A stretch of DNA of 64,000 nt, from contig OY762227.1 in assembly GCA_963665485.1 (NCBI GenBank), forward strand, positions 1,231,293 through 1,295,292. Direction: 5' to 3'. This document shows, piece after piece, positions 49,224 through 57,436 of the stretch (positions within the stretch are counted from its first letter, which is position 1; each line of letters begins with the position of its first letter). The notes beneath the pieces were generated by a model. The model saw nothing but the letters and a program-made list of their open reading frames with translations. It was not told the DNA's origin and did no database searches. Position numbers and translations under genes: made by a program. The stretch comes from Bacteroidales bacterium. GTDB lineage: Bacteria > Bacteroidota > Bacteroidia > Bacteroidales > UBA4417.

Positions 49224-49655
49224 ATGTCATTAGAGTTTAAGGCAAATGACAATTTTCAAGATCTTGGATCTTTAGGAGAATTTTGTAGAAATTTTGGTAC
49301 ATGTCATATTAAAATAAAGGATAAGACAGAGCTTAATATTTGTTTAACTATAAAATCCAATCAAGATATTGAATTTATATTATATTGTTCTCGCCCTCTT
49401 TCCCATATACTAAGAGAAATTAAAGGATTTCCAGTTGATTTTGATAAATACCGAATTTATAGAATTAGAGCAAATAATGGAAGGAAATACATCAGAGTTT
49501 CGCAGGTCATCAATATTGATGTAGACCCTAATATCCCTGAAAAGGAATATGAAATGCAAATAGAAAAGATGAAAGGGAGTGTTCGTCTAACATATAAAGT
49601 TGATGATTTGATAACTCAACCACCCAGTTCCTCAGATAATCTGGTTGCATTTTAA
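49224..49655 (+). CDS. Hypothetical protein (143 aa)
   Basis: ORF between the terminase relic and the intact terminase. No family recognised. Confidence 0.45.
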   Translation: MSLEFKANDNFQDLGSLGEFCRNFGTCHIKIKDKTELNICLTIKSNQDIEFILYCSRPLSHILREIKGFPVDFDKYRIYRIRANNGRKYIRVSQVINIDVDPNIPEKEYEMQIEKMKGSVRLTYKVDDLITQPPSSSDNLVAF

Positions 49656-49735
49656 ATAGATCTAATCTGTGCCCCAACCCTCTCTCGCGCTCCCGACCCG
49701 CATCGAGTTGCAACGCCTGCGTCTATTTCACACCC

Positions 49736-50923
49736 TTATTGCTGAGAGTATCCGAAGTGCCCCACCTTCACCATCCTCTTCCTGTTTACCATAACTTTGG
49801 CTAACAGAGCATACCTGGTTGCATCAATCCCATGATTGAATTTATCAATCGGTTCATTGGTTGCTTTTCCTGCCTGGTCTTCCTTCCATTTATAATTCTT
49901 AAATTCCCGGATCAGGTTAACCGATCCTTTGGTGATAAATACCTTATACCGTTTCATAATATCCAAACCAGCCAGAATGCTGTCCTTCCCCTTAAAGGTA
50001 GCCTGGATATTAAAACCTTCCTTCTTAATCTCATAAATACACTTTGGCTGGTTATCTGCTATAACCTCATCAGTCCATTTCAATCCCAACTCTCCAAGCC
50101 ATTTGGCAATATCCTGGTTAGTCAGACCCCGGTTATAAATCAGCTCTTCCAGGAACAAATCACCACCACTCAACCCTACTTTTATTAATGCTGTTGGATC
50201 ATTCGAGAAACCAAAATCCATTCCGTAAACTACCCACTTGCACTCAGCTGGGAATGCTTCACATTGTTCCCAATTCGTGAAGATCAAACCCTTTATCTGT
50301 CCAGGCAATCCAAGACCATAAACCCGCCAGTAATTTTCATCAACATATTTCAGCTGCTCAATCTCCTTCACAACCTCTGCCGGTAGAAATTCTTTATTAT
50401 CCAGGTAGGTAGACTGAATAAATGTGCAATCCTTCCTTGGGATCACCAGATCATAAATCCAGTGTTCTTCCATGCTGGGATTGTAGTCTATGAAGATTTG
50501 TTTCTCTGTCCTGATAGAAAGCTGAATCCAATCCTCAAGACTCAATTCATTTGCTTCATTAATAAAAAGATAGGTTCGCTTCGCTCCCCTCTTTTTTTGA
50601 GGCTGATCCAGGCTGACAAACTCGAAAAGGTTCCCATTGAGCACATAAGTGCTTTCAGTCTTGTTGTGGAACCGTTCATCATACAGATTCTCATTCTTCA
50701 GTATCTCAAAGAAATCCCTCATAGCTGAGGCTTTCAGGCTGGGCATTGTTTTTCTGACTATCGTGAATACTGCATCCTTTTCCTCAAAGGCTTTTACAAG
50801 GATAAGAAGCTGTAGGATCGAATATGTTTTCCCGCTCCTTGAACTCCCTTGATTGACTACAATCTTCGTTAAAGCCTTGTAATTCTTATCAAAAACAACA
50901 GATACCCTAATCTGCTTTTCCAT
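49736..50923 (-). CDS. Phage terminase large subunit (PBSX-like)
   Basis: Walker A QGSSRSGKTYSI, an ATPase coupling region and a C-terminal nuclease-like region. ATG at 50923 (GTG at 50929 also possible). Confidence 0.8.
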   Translation of the reverse strand: MEKQIRVSVVFDKNYKALTKIVVNQGSSRSGKTYSILQLLILVKAFEEKDAVFTIVRKTMPSLKASAMRDFFEILKNENLYDERFHNKTESTYVLNGNLFEFVSLDQPQKKRGAKRTYLFINEANELSLEDWIQLSIRTEKQIFIDYNPSMEEHWIYDLVIPRKDCTFIQSTYLDNKEFLPAEVVKEIEQLKYVDENYWRVYGLGLPGQIKGLIFTNWEQCEAFPAECKWVVYGMDFGFSNDPTALIKVGLSGGDLFLEELIYNRGLTNQDIAKWLGELGLKWTDEVIADNQPKCIYEIKKEGFNIQATFKGKDSILAGLDIMKRYKVFITKGSVNLIREFKNYKWKEDQAGKATNEPIDKFNHGIDATRYALLAKVMVNRKRMVKVGHFGYSQQ

Positions 50924-51242
50924 CACCACTCCTGATTACTTCAAAGGTTATCTTGCTGATTTTGTCATCAGCTGGCCCTAAATCCAGATTCATTCTTTGC
51001 AGTTTGGGCCTTACAAATTCTTGGAGGTTCAGCCACAATTCAATTTGTTCCTTTGGCCTGAGCTTACTCAGATTCTCTTCCAGGCTTTCATCCAACAGGG
51101 ACAAAACCCATTCAATTCTTTGTTTTTCTTCAGCGGTAGTTTTATTTACTGCCCCTTTAGGCTTCCCGGGGTTGCCTTTCCCAAACTGACCTTTGTGATT
51201 CCTGGTTGTGGATTTGGGTTCATTACATTCATTCGTATTCAT
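50907..51242 (-). CDS. Terminase small subunit-like (DUF5681-like) protein
   Basis: 111 aa. GQFGKGNPGKPKGAVNK motif. Overlaps the terL start. Confidence 0.55.
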   Translation of the reverse strand: MNTNECNEPKSTTRNHKGQFGKGNPGKPKGAVNKTTAEEKQRIEWVLSLLDESLEENLSKLRPKEQIELWLNLQEFVRPKLQRMNLDLGPADDKISKITFEVIRSGDGKAD

Positions 51243-51313
51243 GGTTAATAAATTATTCCATTATCTGCTGAAATTCTCAACAGATTCCATCAGGTAAATA
51301 CCTGGTATTATTT

Positions 51314-51559
51314 TTACTTGCGGTAAATCATTTTTTCGATGCAACTGACAGAAATATCGTACTCTATACTAAGCTCATATTTAATATCTGCATAAGTACG
51401 GTTCTCTTTAGCTTTCTTATAGTAGAGTTTCTTCACCAGCCATTTTCTGGCATCATTTACATGAAGGATTCCTTCGCGGACAACTTCTCTAACATCAATT
51501 CCAAATTCAGTTTTCAAATCTTTTATAATTCGTTCTGAATACTTTAAATCTTCTCTCAT
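51314..51559 (-). CDS. Small HTH protein (Mor/late-activator-like, tentative)
   Basis: 81 aa. C-terminal RTYADIKYELSIEYDISVSCIEKMIY resembles an HTH. Sits at a divergent AT-rich promoter region. Confidence 0.3.
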   Translation of the reverse strand: MREDLKYSERIIKDLKTEFGIDVREVVREGILHVNDARKWLVKKLYYKKAKENRTYADIKYELSIEYDISVSCIEKMIYRK

Positions 51560-51673
51560 AAAGTTAATAATTATATAGTTAAATATTACAAATATAGTTC
51601 AAAATAAAAATTATAGCAAATATTTATAATATAAATTGCCAAGATGTACTATATATTTCGTCTATCTATAGCT

Positions 51674-51681
51674 TAATTTTG
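51674..51681 (+). promoter_or_regulatory. Bacteroidota -7 box (TAATTTTG) upstream of the head operon
   Basis: Perfect TAnnTTTG in the AT-rich divergent region, about 155 nt upstream of the first micro-ORF. Confidence 0.4.
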
Positions 51682-51836
51682 TAACCTTAATATATATGAA
51701 CAAATATCAATTTTTAAATATTATAACTAAGAAATTTACTGATATATATCAAAGTCATATCAGGCAATAATCTTACAGTTTTTTAAATCCTGATGTCAGG
51801 AATTCTGGCATTATAATTCTCCTAAATTTCTCTAAA

Positions 51837-51956
51837 ATGGCTAAAACCAACGTGAAAACCACAGCATTACCTAAGTTAAAAACATCTAAAAAAGTATCAC
51901 AACCGTATCAAAGAGCAAGAGGTGGTGGCGCCGATCTTGCAAAAAACGTAAAGTAA
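51837..51956 (+). CDS. Lysine-rich micro-protein 1 (39 aa)
   Basis: MAKTNVKTTALPKLKTSKKVSQPYQRARGGGADLAKNVK*. Not in the ORF track (under 60 aa). Paralogous to the next ORFs. Confidence 0.55.
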   Translation: MAKTNVKTTALPKLKTSKKVSQPYQRARGGGADLAKNVK

Positions 51957-51976
51957 AATTCATAATCCTTTTCACC

Positions 51977-52090
51977 ATGGCAAAAGCAAATGTAAAATCA
52001 GGTTCAAAGATCAAGGCTAAATCCACTCCCAAAACTCCCAAAAAAGGAGTAGGTAAGTCTGGTTCTGAGCTTCAGAAAAATGTAAAGTGA
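51977..52090 (+). CDS. Lysine-rich micro-protein 2 (37 aa)
   Basis: MAKANVKSGSKIKAKSTPKTPKKGVGKSGSELQKNVK*. Its stop overlaps the next ATG (TGATG). Confidence 0.55.
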   Translation: MAKANVKSGSKIKAKSTPKTPKKGVGKSGSELQKNVK

Positions 52091-52209
52091 TGGCAAAGCC
52101 AAAACAAAAACCCGTAAAAAAAGCTAAGCCTACCGCTTCCTCAAAAACGGTTGTAGGTAAACGCAAACCTCATACATCGAAAGACGGTACAGGTAAATCC
52201 ACTATTTAA
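52090..52209 (+). CDS. Lysine-rich micro-protein 3 (39 aa)
   Basis: MAKPKQKPVKKAKPTASSKTVVGKRKPHTSKDGTGKSTI*. Same MAK start but lacks the C-terminal motif. Confidence 0.5.
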   Translation: MAKPKQKPVKKAKPTASSKTVVGKRKPHTSKDGTGKSTI

Positions 52210-52231
52210 TTAACTCTAAATTCTCATTCAC

Positions 52232-52390
52232 ATGAAGTCCTACTTTTCAAACAACAGTAAACAGTTTTCCGGTGCTGACCTGGTTAAAAACGTCAAGCGC
52301 TCTATTGCTTCCAAAACTTCAAAGACCTCCAAAAAGTCTAAAGCTGGTAAAAAGGCCGGTGGTTCTGAGCTTACCAAAACTGTAAAATAA
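52232..52390 (+). CDS. Lysine-rich micro-protein 4 (52 aa, motif present twice)
   Basis: MKSYFSNNSKQFSGADLVKNVKRSIASKTSKTSKKSKAGKKAGGSELTKTVK*. Its stop overlaps the ATG of the 404-aa gene (TAATG). Confidence 0.55.
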   Translation: MKSYFSNNSKQFSGADLVKNVKRSIASKTSKTSKKSKAGKKAGGSELTKTVK

Positions 52391-53604
52391 TGCACCGCTA
52401 TTTCTCAACACCTCCAATCTTCTCAGCCCCTGTAACCAACATCAACAGGGAGCTGGGGATTATTCAGGGAATAACAATCGCCCGAATTGGCCCGGCTAAA
52501 GGGCATAATGGGTTTATCGACCGTACTTTTCTCTTACAAATAATTGATAATGCTGCTTCAAGAACAGCCGGAGTTAAAGCTAGGTTCGGGCATCCGAATA
52601 TGTGCAGTTCTGCACTAGGAAGCTATTTGGGAAGGTTTAAAAACTATTCCTATTCCGGTGATCAGGTCAAAGCTGACCTTCACTTGGATGAAACAGCAAA
52701 AAAGACACCTGCTGGAGACCTGTATTCCTACATCTTGGAAATGGCAGAAAAGAATCCGGACATGTTTGGAGCATCCATCGTCTTTGAAATTGCAGAATCT
52801 GTATTCCTTCAGGAAGAGGTTGAAGGTCAAAAAGTAGAGAAGGAATACTTTCGGCTCAAAGAACTGAAAGCAACTGATATTGTTGATGATCCAGCTGCAA
52901 CGGATGGTTTGTTCTCAGCCAATACGTTTCCGGGAATCGCAACTCAGTTCCTTGATGAAAACCCTGAGATCATGGACCTAATCTTTTCCAAACCTGATTC
53001 TATTGTCGAATTTCTTTCAAACTATATAACCTATACAAAAATGAATTTATCATCAAAAATAAAGGAGAATTTTGCAGCCTTCCAGGCTGCATTCTCCACA
53101 ACGCCATCAATAGCAACAATTCCGGATAAACCAATCCAGGATGAACCAATTTCAGAAAGTGACACGGTGAACAGTTTATTTGTTGCTCTCTGTGCTACAT
53201 CGCCTAGGTCTTTCACTAATGTCAATGATTACACCCCACAGCAGAAAGTTGAAGCTTTAACTTCACATTTTCATAATGTGAATGACAGACTAATAAATGT
53301 GACTGAACAAAGCAGGGCAACAATGGCTGCAAATGAAGAGATAAGCACAAAATACAAGACATTACTTGAGCAATCAGACAAGCTTTCAGAAGAATTCAAA
53401 GTCACTCAAGATGAGCTTGAAATTGCAAATACTCGTATCCAGGAACTCACCTTACAACTTTCCGCACGTCCTTCAATCCCTCTTAATGTAACTGATCCCG
53501 CTGTAAGTCTGACTACTAACCAGGTCAAGGATGAAACCGGCAAACAAATTCTTGCCGCAATTCCCATAGACCTCAAACGAAAGTTAGCCTCCAATACCCA
53601 ATAA
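52390..53604 (+). CDS. Putative prohead protease / scaffold fusion protein
   Basis: 404 aa. The N-terminal ~170 aa has His/Ser-containing blocks (GPAKGHNGF, ARFGHP, FGASIVF). The C-terminal part is a coiled coil (EEISTKYKTLLEQSDKLSEEFKVTQDELEIANTRIQELTLQL). Lies directly upstream of the capsid gene. Confidence 0.45.
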   Translation: MHRYFSTPPIFSAPVTNINRELGIIQGITIARIGPAKGHNGFIDRTFLLQIIDNAASRTAGVKARFGHPNMCSSALGSYLGRFKNYSYSGDQVKADLHLDETAKKTPAGDLYSYILEMAEKNPDMFGASIVFEIAESVFLQEEVEGQKVEKEYFRLKELKATDIVDDPAATDGLFSANTFPGIATQFLDENPEIMDLIFSKPDSIVEFLSNYITYTKMNLSSKIKENFAAFQAAFSTTPSIATIPDKPIQDEPISESDTVNSLFVALCATSPRSFTNVNDYTPQQKVEALTSHFHNVNDRLINVTEQSRATMAANEEISTKYKTLLEQSDKLSEEFKVTQDELEIANTRIQELTLQLSARPSIPLNVTDPAVSLTTNQVKDETGKQILAAIPIDLKRKLASNTQ

Positions 53605-53653
53605 TTTATTCAAATATTAAATGATCTCTCATAATTTATAATTATCCAAAACT

Positions 53654-55003
53654 ATGTCCAATATTTTTTCTCAAACCACATCCCCCGCCTTCAAACGCCA
53701 GGCAGTAGATGAATACTTCATTCAGCCCATGTTTATGGCTGAAGATATTCGCGGGCTAATTACTGTTCGTACTGATATAAAAGGCACTGAAACTCTCAAT
53801 AGAATTGGTCGCCCTTCCATGTTAACTAAACCAAAACTCAACCCAGGTTTTACTCCCGCAGGAGGTTTCAACCTGACTTATACTGACATTACTGTTAAGC
53901 CCATGTCGTTGGAATTCGAGCAAAATGCACGCTCATTCTGGGGTTCAATAGTTGAACAATTACTTACTTCAGGATATAAAGAGGACGACGTTGAACAGAT
54001 GAAATCCCCTGATGTATGGAACAAGGTCATGCTTCCTTTAATTGCTCAGGCTGGTCAGGATGACTTGATCCGCCAGATGTTCTTTGCCAATCCCACTGCC
54101 GAAGCTTTTACATCAGGTATTCCTAATGGTATTCTAGATTCAAACTATACTGGCTACACGGGCTTTATGTCCTGGCTCTTTAATGATTTGTATGCCGGTG
54201 TTATTCCATCCGTTCAGCATGTTCCCATTGCCTCAGCAGTGGCTTCTGTTAAGCAGGAAGTAATCCATACCTATACTGCCGGAACAGATACAGCACTGAA
54301 TATCACCATTAACGGCGTCCTTTATACTCAGCCTTATGCCACAAGTGCAGCCGCAACTGCAACCGCCTGGCTTAATACAAACAAAGCTTCTGTTGAAGCT
54401 CGTGCAGGCATTAATGGTGTTATTGTTACTAATCCTTCAGCAGGTGCAATTAAAGTGACAGGAAAAGTTAAAGGTCAAAGCTTTACTTCTGTTGCAACCG
54501 TGACCGGAACTGGTACGGTAGCAAACTCTGGGATAGTTGCAGCTGTTAAAGCCGGAGGTTTAGCTGCCAATGAAGCTGACCTTACTCTTGAATCCATGCT
54601 CGATGCTGTTACTCCTGAAATGCATGAATATGATCTCCAATTCATGCTAACAGCTTCCATGTGGCGCAACCTGGTTCACACACTGAAGGATCGTCAAACA
54701 ATCATGGGTGATGCAGTTTTGAAAAACGGGCTCAAAGTTCCTACCTACGAAGGTTTCCCGATCATTGTTCGCCCTGATTGGGATAAATGGATCTCTGTTG
54801 CACAAAATGGTATCAAGCCACACCGTGCCATGCTTACAACCTCAAAGAACTTGCTTTTTGCAACTGATGGAACCTCTGATTCTGAAATGATCGAAACCTG
54901 GTACAATCAGGAAGCACAAATGCGCAGGTACCGTGTTCAGTATAAAGCCCAAACTGCTTACCTCCACAAAGAACTCATAGTCCTTGCTGGTTTCAATGAC
55001 TAA
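53654..55003 (+). CDS. Major capsid protein (HK97-fold candidate) with an internal Thr/Ala/Gly-rich insertion
   Basis: 449 aa. Called from its position after the protease/scaffold gene, and from its size and composition. Not verified by search. Confidence 0.55.
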   Translation: MSNIFSQTTSPAFKRQAVDEYFIQPMFMAEDIRGLITVRTDIKGTETLNRIGRPSMLTKPKLNPGFTPAGGFNLTYTDITVKPMSLEFEQNARSFWGSIVEQLLTSGYKEDDVEQMKSPDVWNKVMLPLIAQAGQDDLIRQMFFANPTAEAFTSGIPNGILDSNYTGYTGFMSWLFNDLYAGVIPSVQHVPIASAVASVKQEVIHTYTAGTDTALNITINGVLYTQPYATSAAATATAWLNTNKASVEARAGINGVIVTNPSAGAIKVTGKVKGQSFTSVATVTGTGTVANSGIVAAVKAGGLAANEADLTLESMLDAVTPEMHEYDLQFMLTASMWRNLVHTLKDRQTIMGDAVLKNGLKVPTYEGFPIIVRPDWDKWISVAQNGIKPHRAMLTTSKNLLFATDGTSDSEMIETWYNQEAQMRRYRVQYKAQTAYLHKELIVLAGFND

Positions 55004-55099
55004 TCACCTTGCTCTGGTGCCCCCTTCTCTTCCCCTCCAAAGAGATGGGGCCTGGGGTGAGTTTTTTCGCACATCACTTTCCTTACTTACCTTTTCACT

Positions 55100-56353
55100 A
55101 TGAAGGCTTTCTCAAACTATAATTATGTTCCTCTTTTAAATCTTAAACGTTCTGACTTTATAGATTTACGGACTAATTATGATATTTTCATTCCTTTTGG
55201 TGAGGATAACTTGCTGCCAACACAGCTCAATCAGTTATCCAGAGAAGTACCTGTCCATCGTGCAATCCTTAATTCAAAAGCTTCCTATATCCTTGGCAGA
55301 GGATTGTCTTCTGATAATAAAGTAATTCAGAAGCTGATCAGTGCCCCTAATAATACATTTGAAGACCTTAACTCAATCTTTCGTTATGTAATTCTTGATT
55401 ACCTGAACATTGGTAATGCTTATGTTGAAATCATTACCGATCCTAATAAATCCTTCATGTACTTGTATCATATTGATTCAAGCAAATGCAGGTTATCTGC
55501 GGTTGAAAATGATGTTTTAATACATCCTTCATGGGCAGAGTTCAAAGGTAAAAATGATGAAAACCTTATTTCACTTCCTCTATTCCCTGATTTCAGGAAA
55601 GGCCCTGATGGGCTTTTGCATTCGGTTTATCATATTAAAGATTATGAACCAGAGTTTTATTACTATGGTTTGTGCTCATACTTTGCGGGGCTTCGTTCAA
55701 TAATCATTTCCGGGCTTACAAATCTTTGGAACCAGAACAGGCTTGAAAATGGATTCACTGCTCCAGGTTTACTTATTATTCCCGGCATTAATGATGAAGA
55801 TGATGCTACAGCCCTGGATGAAGAATTTAGCAAATTTAAAGGTGTTGACGGTGAAAAGTCAGGTGATATTATCATTCAGTACCTTGCTGATTTATCCCCT
55901 GGGCAAACTTCACAACAGGCAAAGTTCATTGAGTTTAAAAAGAATGAAGAAGGTAACTGGATGGACTTACATACTCAATCTGAATTGTCTATCATTACAA
56001 TACACAATTGGTTTCGTTCACTAACTCCTTATTCAGGTGAAAAAACTGGTTTTGATTCTAACCGTATTGTCAATGAATACGAAATTGCACTCAACACAAT
56101 AATTAATCCCCTGCAAACCTTTTTCCTGCGGCACCTCGATCAAATCTTCAAGTATTTCTCATTACCTCTCGGAAAGCTATCATTTATCAACGAGCCACCC
56201 ATACAGCGAATCAATCCTTTGAAATTCGTTTGGGAAGCCCGGCAAGATGCTGGACTTTCTTTTGACCCAAATGATCCTGTGCAGAAATTGCTGATTATGC
56301 AGCTCAAAAACACATTCAATTCAGCTACACCAGATACAGGTTCCACTGTTTAA
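55100..56353 (+). CDS. Phage portal protein candidate
   Basis: 417 aa in the head module. The N-terminal region LSREVPVHRAILNSKASYILGRGL resembles portal-family N-termini. Confidence 0.5.
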   Translation: MKAFSNYNYVPLLNLKRSDFIDLRTNYDIFIPFGEDNLLPTQLNQLSREVPVHRAILNSKASYILGRGLSSDNKVIQKLISAPNNTFEDLNSIFRYVILDYLNIGNAYVEIITDPNKSFMYLYHIDSSKCRLSAVENDVLIHPSWAEFKGKNDENLISLPLFPDFRKGPDGLLHSVYHIKDYEPEFYYYGLCSYFAGLRSIIISGLTNLWNQNRLENGFTAPGLLIIPGINDEDDATALDEEFSKFKGVDGEKSGDIIIQYLADLSPGQTSQQAKFIEFKKNEEGNWMDLHTQSELSIITIHNWFRSLTPYSGEKTGFDSNRIVNEYEIALNTIINPLQTFFLRHLDQIFKYFSLPLGKLSFINEPPIQRINPLKFVWEARQDAGLSFDPNDPVQKLLIMQLKNTFNSATPDTGSTV

Positions 56354-56363
56354 TTCTGCCCAT

Positions 56364-56777
56364 ATGCCAATCATAGCAGCCACAGAGATTAACTCAATAG
56401 CATTCTCCACTCCAATTGATCCGGCTTTGATATTGGATGAAATAATCAATGCCGTAGAAACTAAATTTATTATTCCGGCCATCACGAAACCTGTCTATGA
56501 TGACCTTTCAATTCATCCAGGCATCTATACCACCCTTATTGCTGATTACATAAAGCCTTACCTTGCTTATTGTGTAAAGCTCTTACTTTACAGTCAATAT
56601 CAGCTGGAAATCTCAACATATTCAAGCCTCAACATGCAAAAGGATGATATTGCTAATGAAATCAACAAAATCATCCAGACAAAGAAAGATATACTGGTAA
56701 ATCATCTCTCAACTGGAATTTATCCACTTTATATTTCATCTGCAAAAAAGCGTATATCAGGTTTTTTAATAAAATAA
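56364..56777 (+). CDS. Head-module protein (possible head completion/connector)
   Basis: 137 aa, 10 nt after the portal stop. No motif recognised. Confidence 0.3.
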   Translation: MPIIAATEINSIAFSTPIDPALILDEIINAVETKFIIPAITKPVYDDLSIHPGIYTTLIADYIKPYLAYCVKLLLYSQYQLEISTYSSLNMQKDDIANEINKIIQTKKDILVNHLSTGIYPLYISSAKKRISGFLIK

Positions 56778-56789
56778 CATGCGTTTACT

Positions 56790-57041
56790 ATGCTTGAATA
56801 TCTCGCAATACTTGCAAGTTTTATCACAGGCGGTGGCATTTCAACCCTTATTTCCCTTCGCTACATCCGCAAAGTCGGTAAGATCGACTATACCGAAAAA
56901 GCCATTGCCTTTATTGAAAAGCAATATGATGATGTCTTAACTAAAAATAAAGAGCTTCATGAAAGGGTGACAGCCCTGGAAAAGCTTATTCCTTTGGTTT
57001 GTTTCAAAATGGATTGCACTCAAAGGCAAAAAACCAAATAA
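56790..57041 (+). CDS. Small membrane-anchored coiled-coil protein
   Basis: 83 aa. N-terminal TM helix (YLAILASFITGGGISTLISL), then a coiled coil. Last gene before attR. Confidence 0.35.
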   Translation: MLEYLAILASFITGGGISTLISLRYIRKVGKIDYTEKAIAFIEKQYDDVLTKNKELHERVTALEKLIPLVCFKMDCTQRQKTK

Positions 57042-57080
57042 TAATTATGACTTTATTTTTAAACATTAAAAGATAAATTT

Positions 57081-57124
57081 TTGTACAAAAGAGCAATATT
57101 TAAAATATTGTACTTATATTGTAC
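57081..57124 (+). repeat. Three TTGTAC core repeats near the right end of the element
   Basis: TTGTAC at 57081, 57108 and 57119 (the last two 11 bp apart). A 17-bp palindrome CAATATTTAAAATATTG sits between them (57093-57109). Confidence 0.45.
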
Positions 57125-57138
57125 CCAATATTAAAAAA

Positions 57139-57169
57139 AGCCTGCAATCGTTTGATTGGCAGGCTTTTA
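57139..57169. terminator. Bidirectional stem-loop terminator
   Basis: AGCCTGCAAT-CGTTTG-ATTGGCAGGCT is flanked by an A7 run on the left and T4 on the right. On the minus strand it follows the tRNA-Arg 3' end with a T7 run. Confidence 0.65.
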
Positions 57170-57177
57170 TATACGTA

Positions 57178-57200
57178 AAAGTGACCCCATCGGGATTCGA
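57178..57200. repeat. attR-type direct repeat (3' 19 nt of tRNA-Arg plus 4 nt)
   Basis: Identical to 19355-19377. Confidence 0.9.
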
Positions 57201-57253
57201 ACCCAAATCTTCAGAACCGGAATCTGAAATTCTATCCATTGAACTATGGGGCC
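57182..57253 (-). tRNA. tRNA-Arg (anticodon CCG)
   Basis: The reverse complement GGCCCCATAGTTCAATGGATAGAATTTCAGATTCCGGTTCTGAAGATTTGGGTTCGAATCCCGATGGGGTCA folds as a cloverleaf. Acceptor GGCCCCA/TGGGGTC, anticodon stem TCAGA/TCTGA, loop TTCCGGT. Confidence 0.9.
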
Positions 57254-57436
57254 ATAGTTTGTTGATTGCAAAAGTAACTATATTTTGGAATATACCACTA
57301 TTAAGCATTCAGTAATCACCACAGGCTTTTTTACTGACTTTTCTGCTTTCCGGTTTGAATAATTAGTTTGTTTTACCGAAATAAATAATGGAGGCCGGAA
57401 AAATCATTGATCAAAAGGCTCAGATGCACTATTGGT

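Larger units (their letters stand above)
19355..57200. mobile_element. ~37.8-kb integrative element (phage-like island) inserted in tRNA-Arg(CCG)
   Basis: Perfect 23-bp direct repeats at both ends, an integrase at the left end, and the intact tRNA at the right end. The interior is mosaic and mostly more AT-rich than the flanks. Confidence 0.85.
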
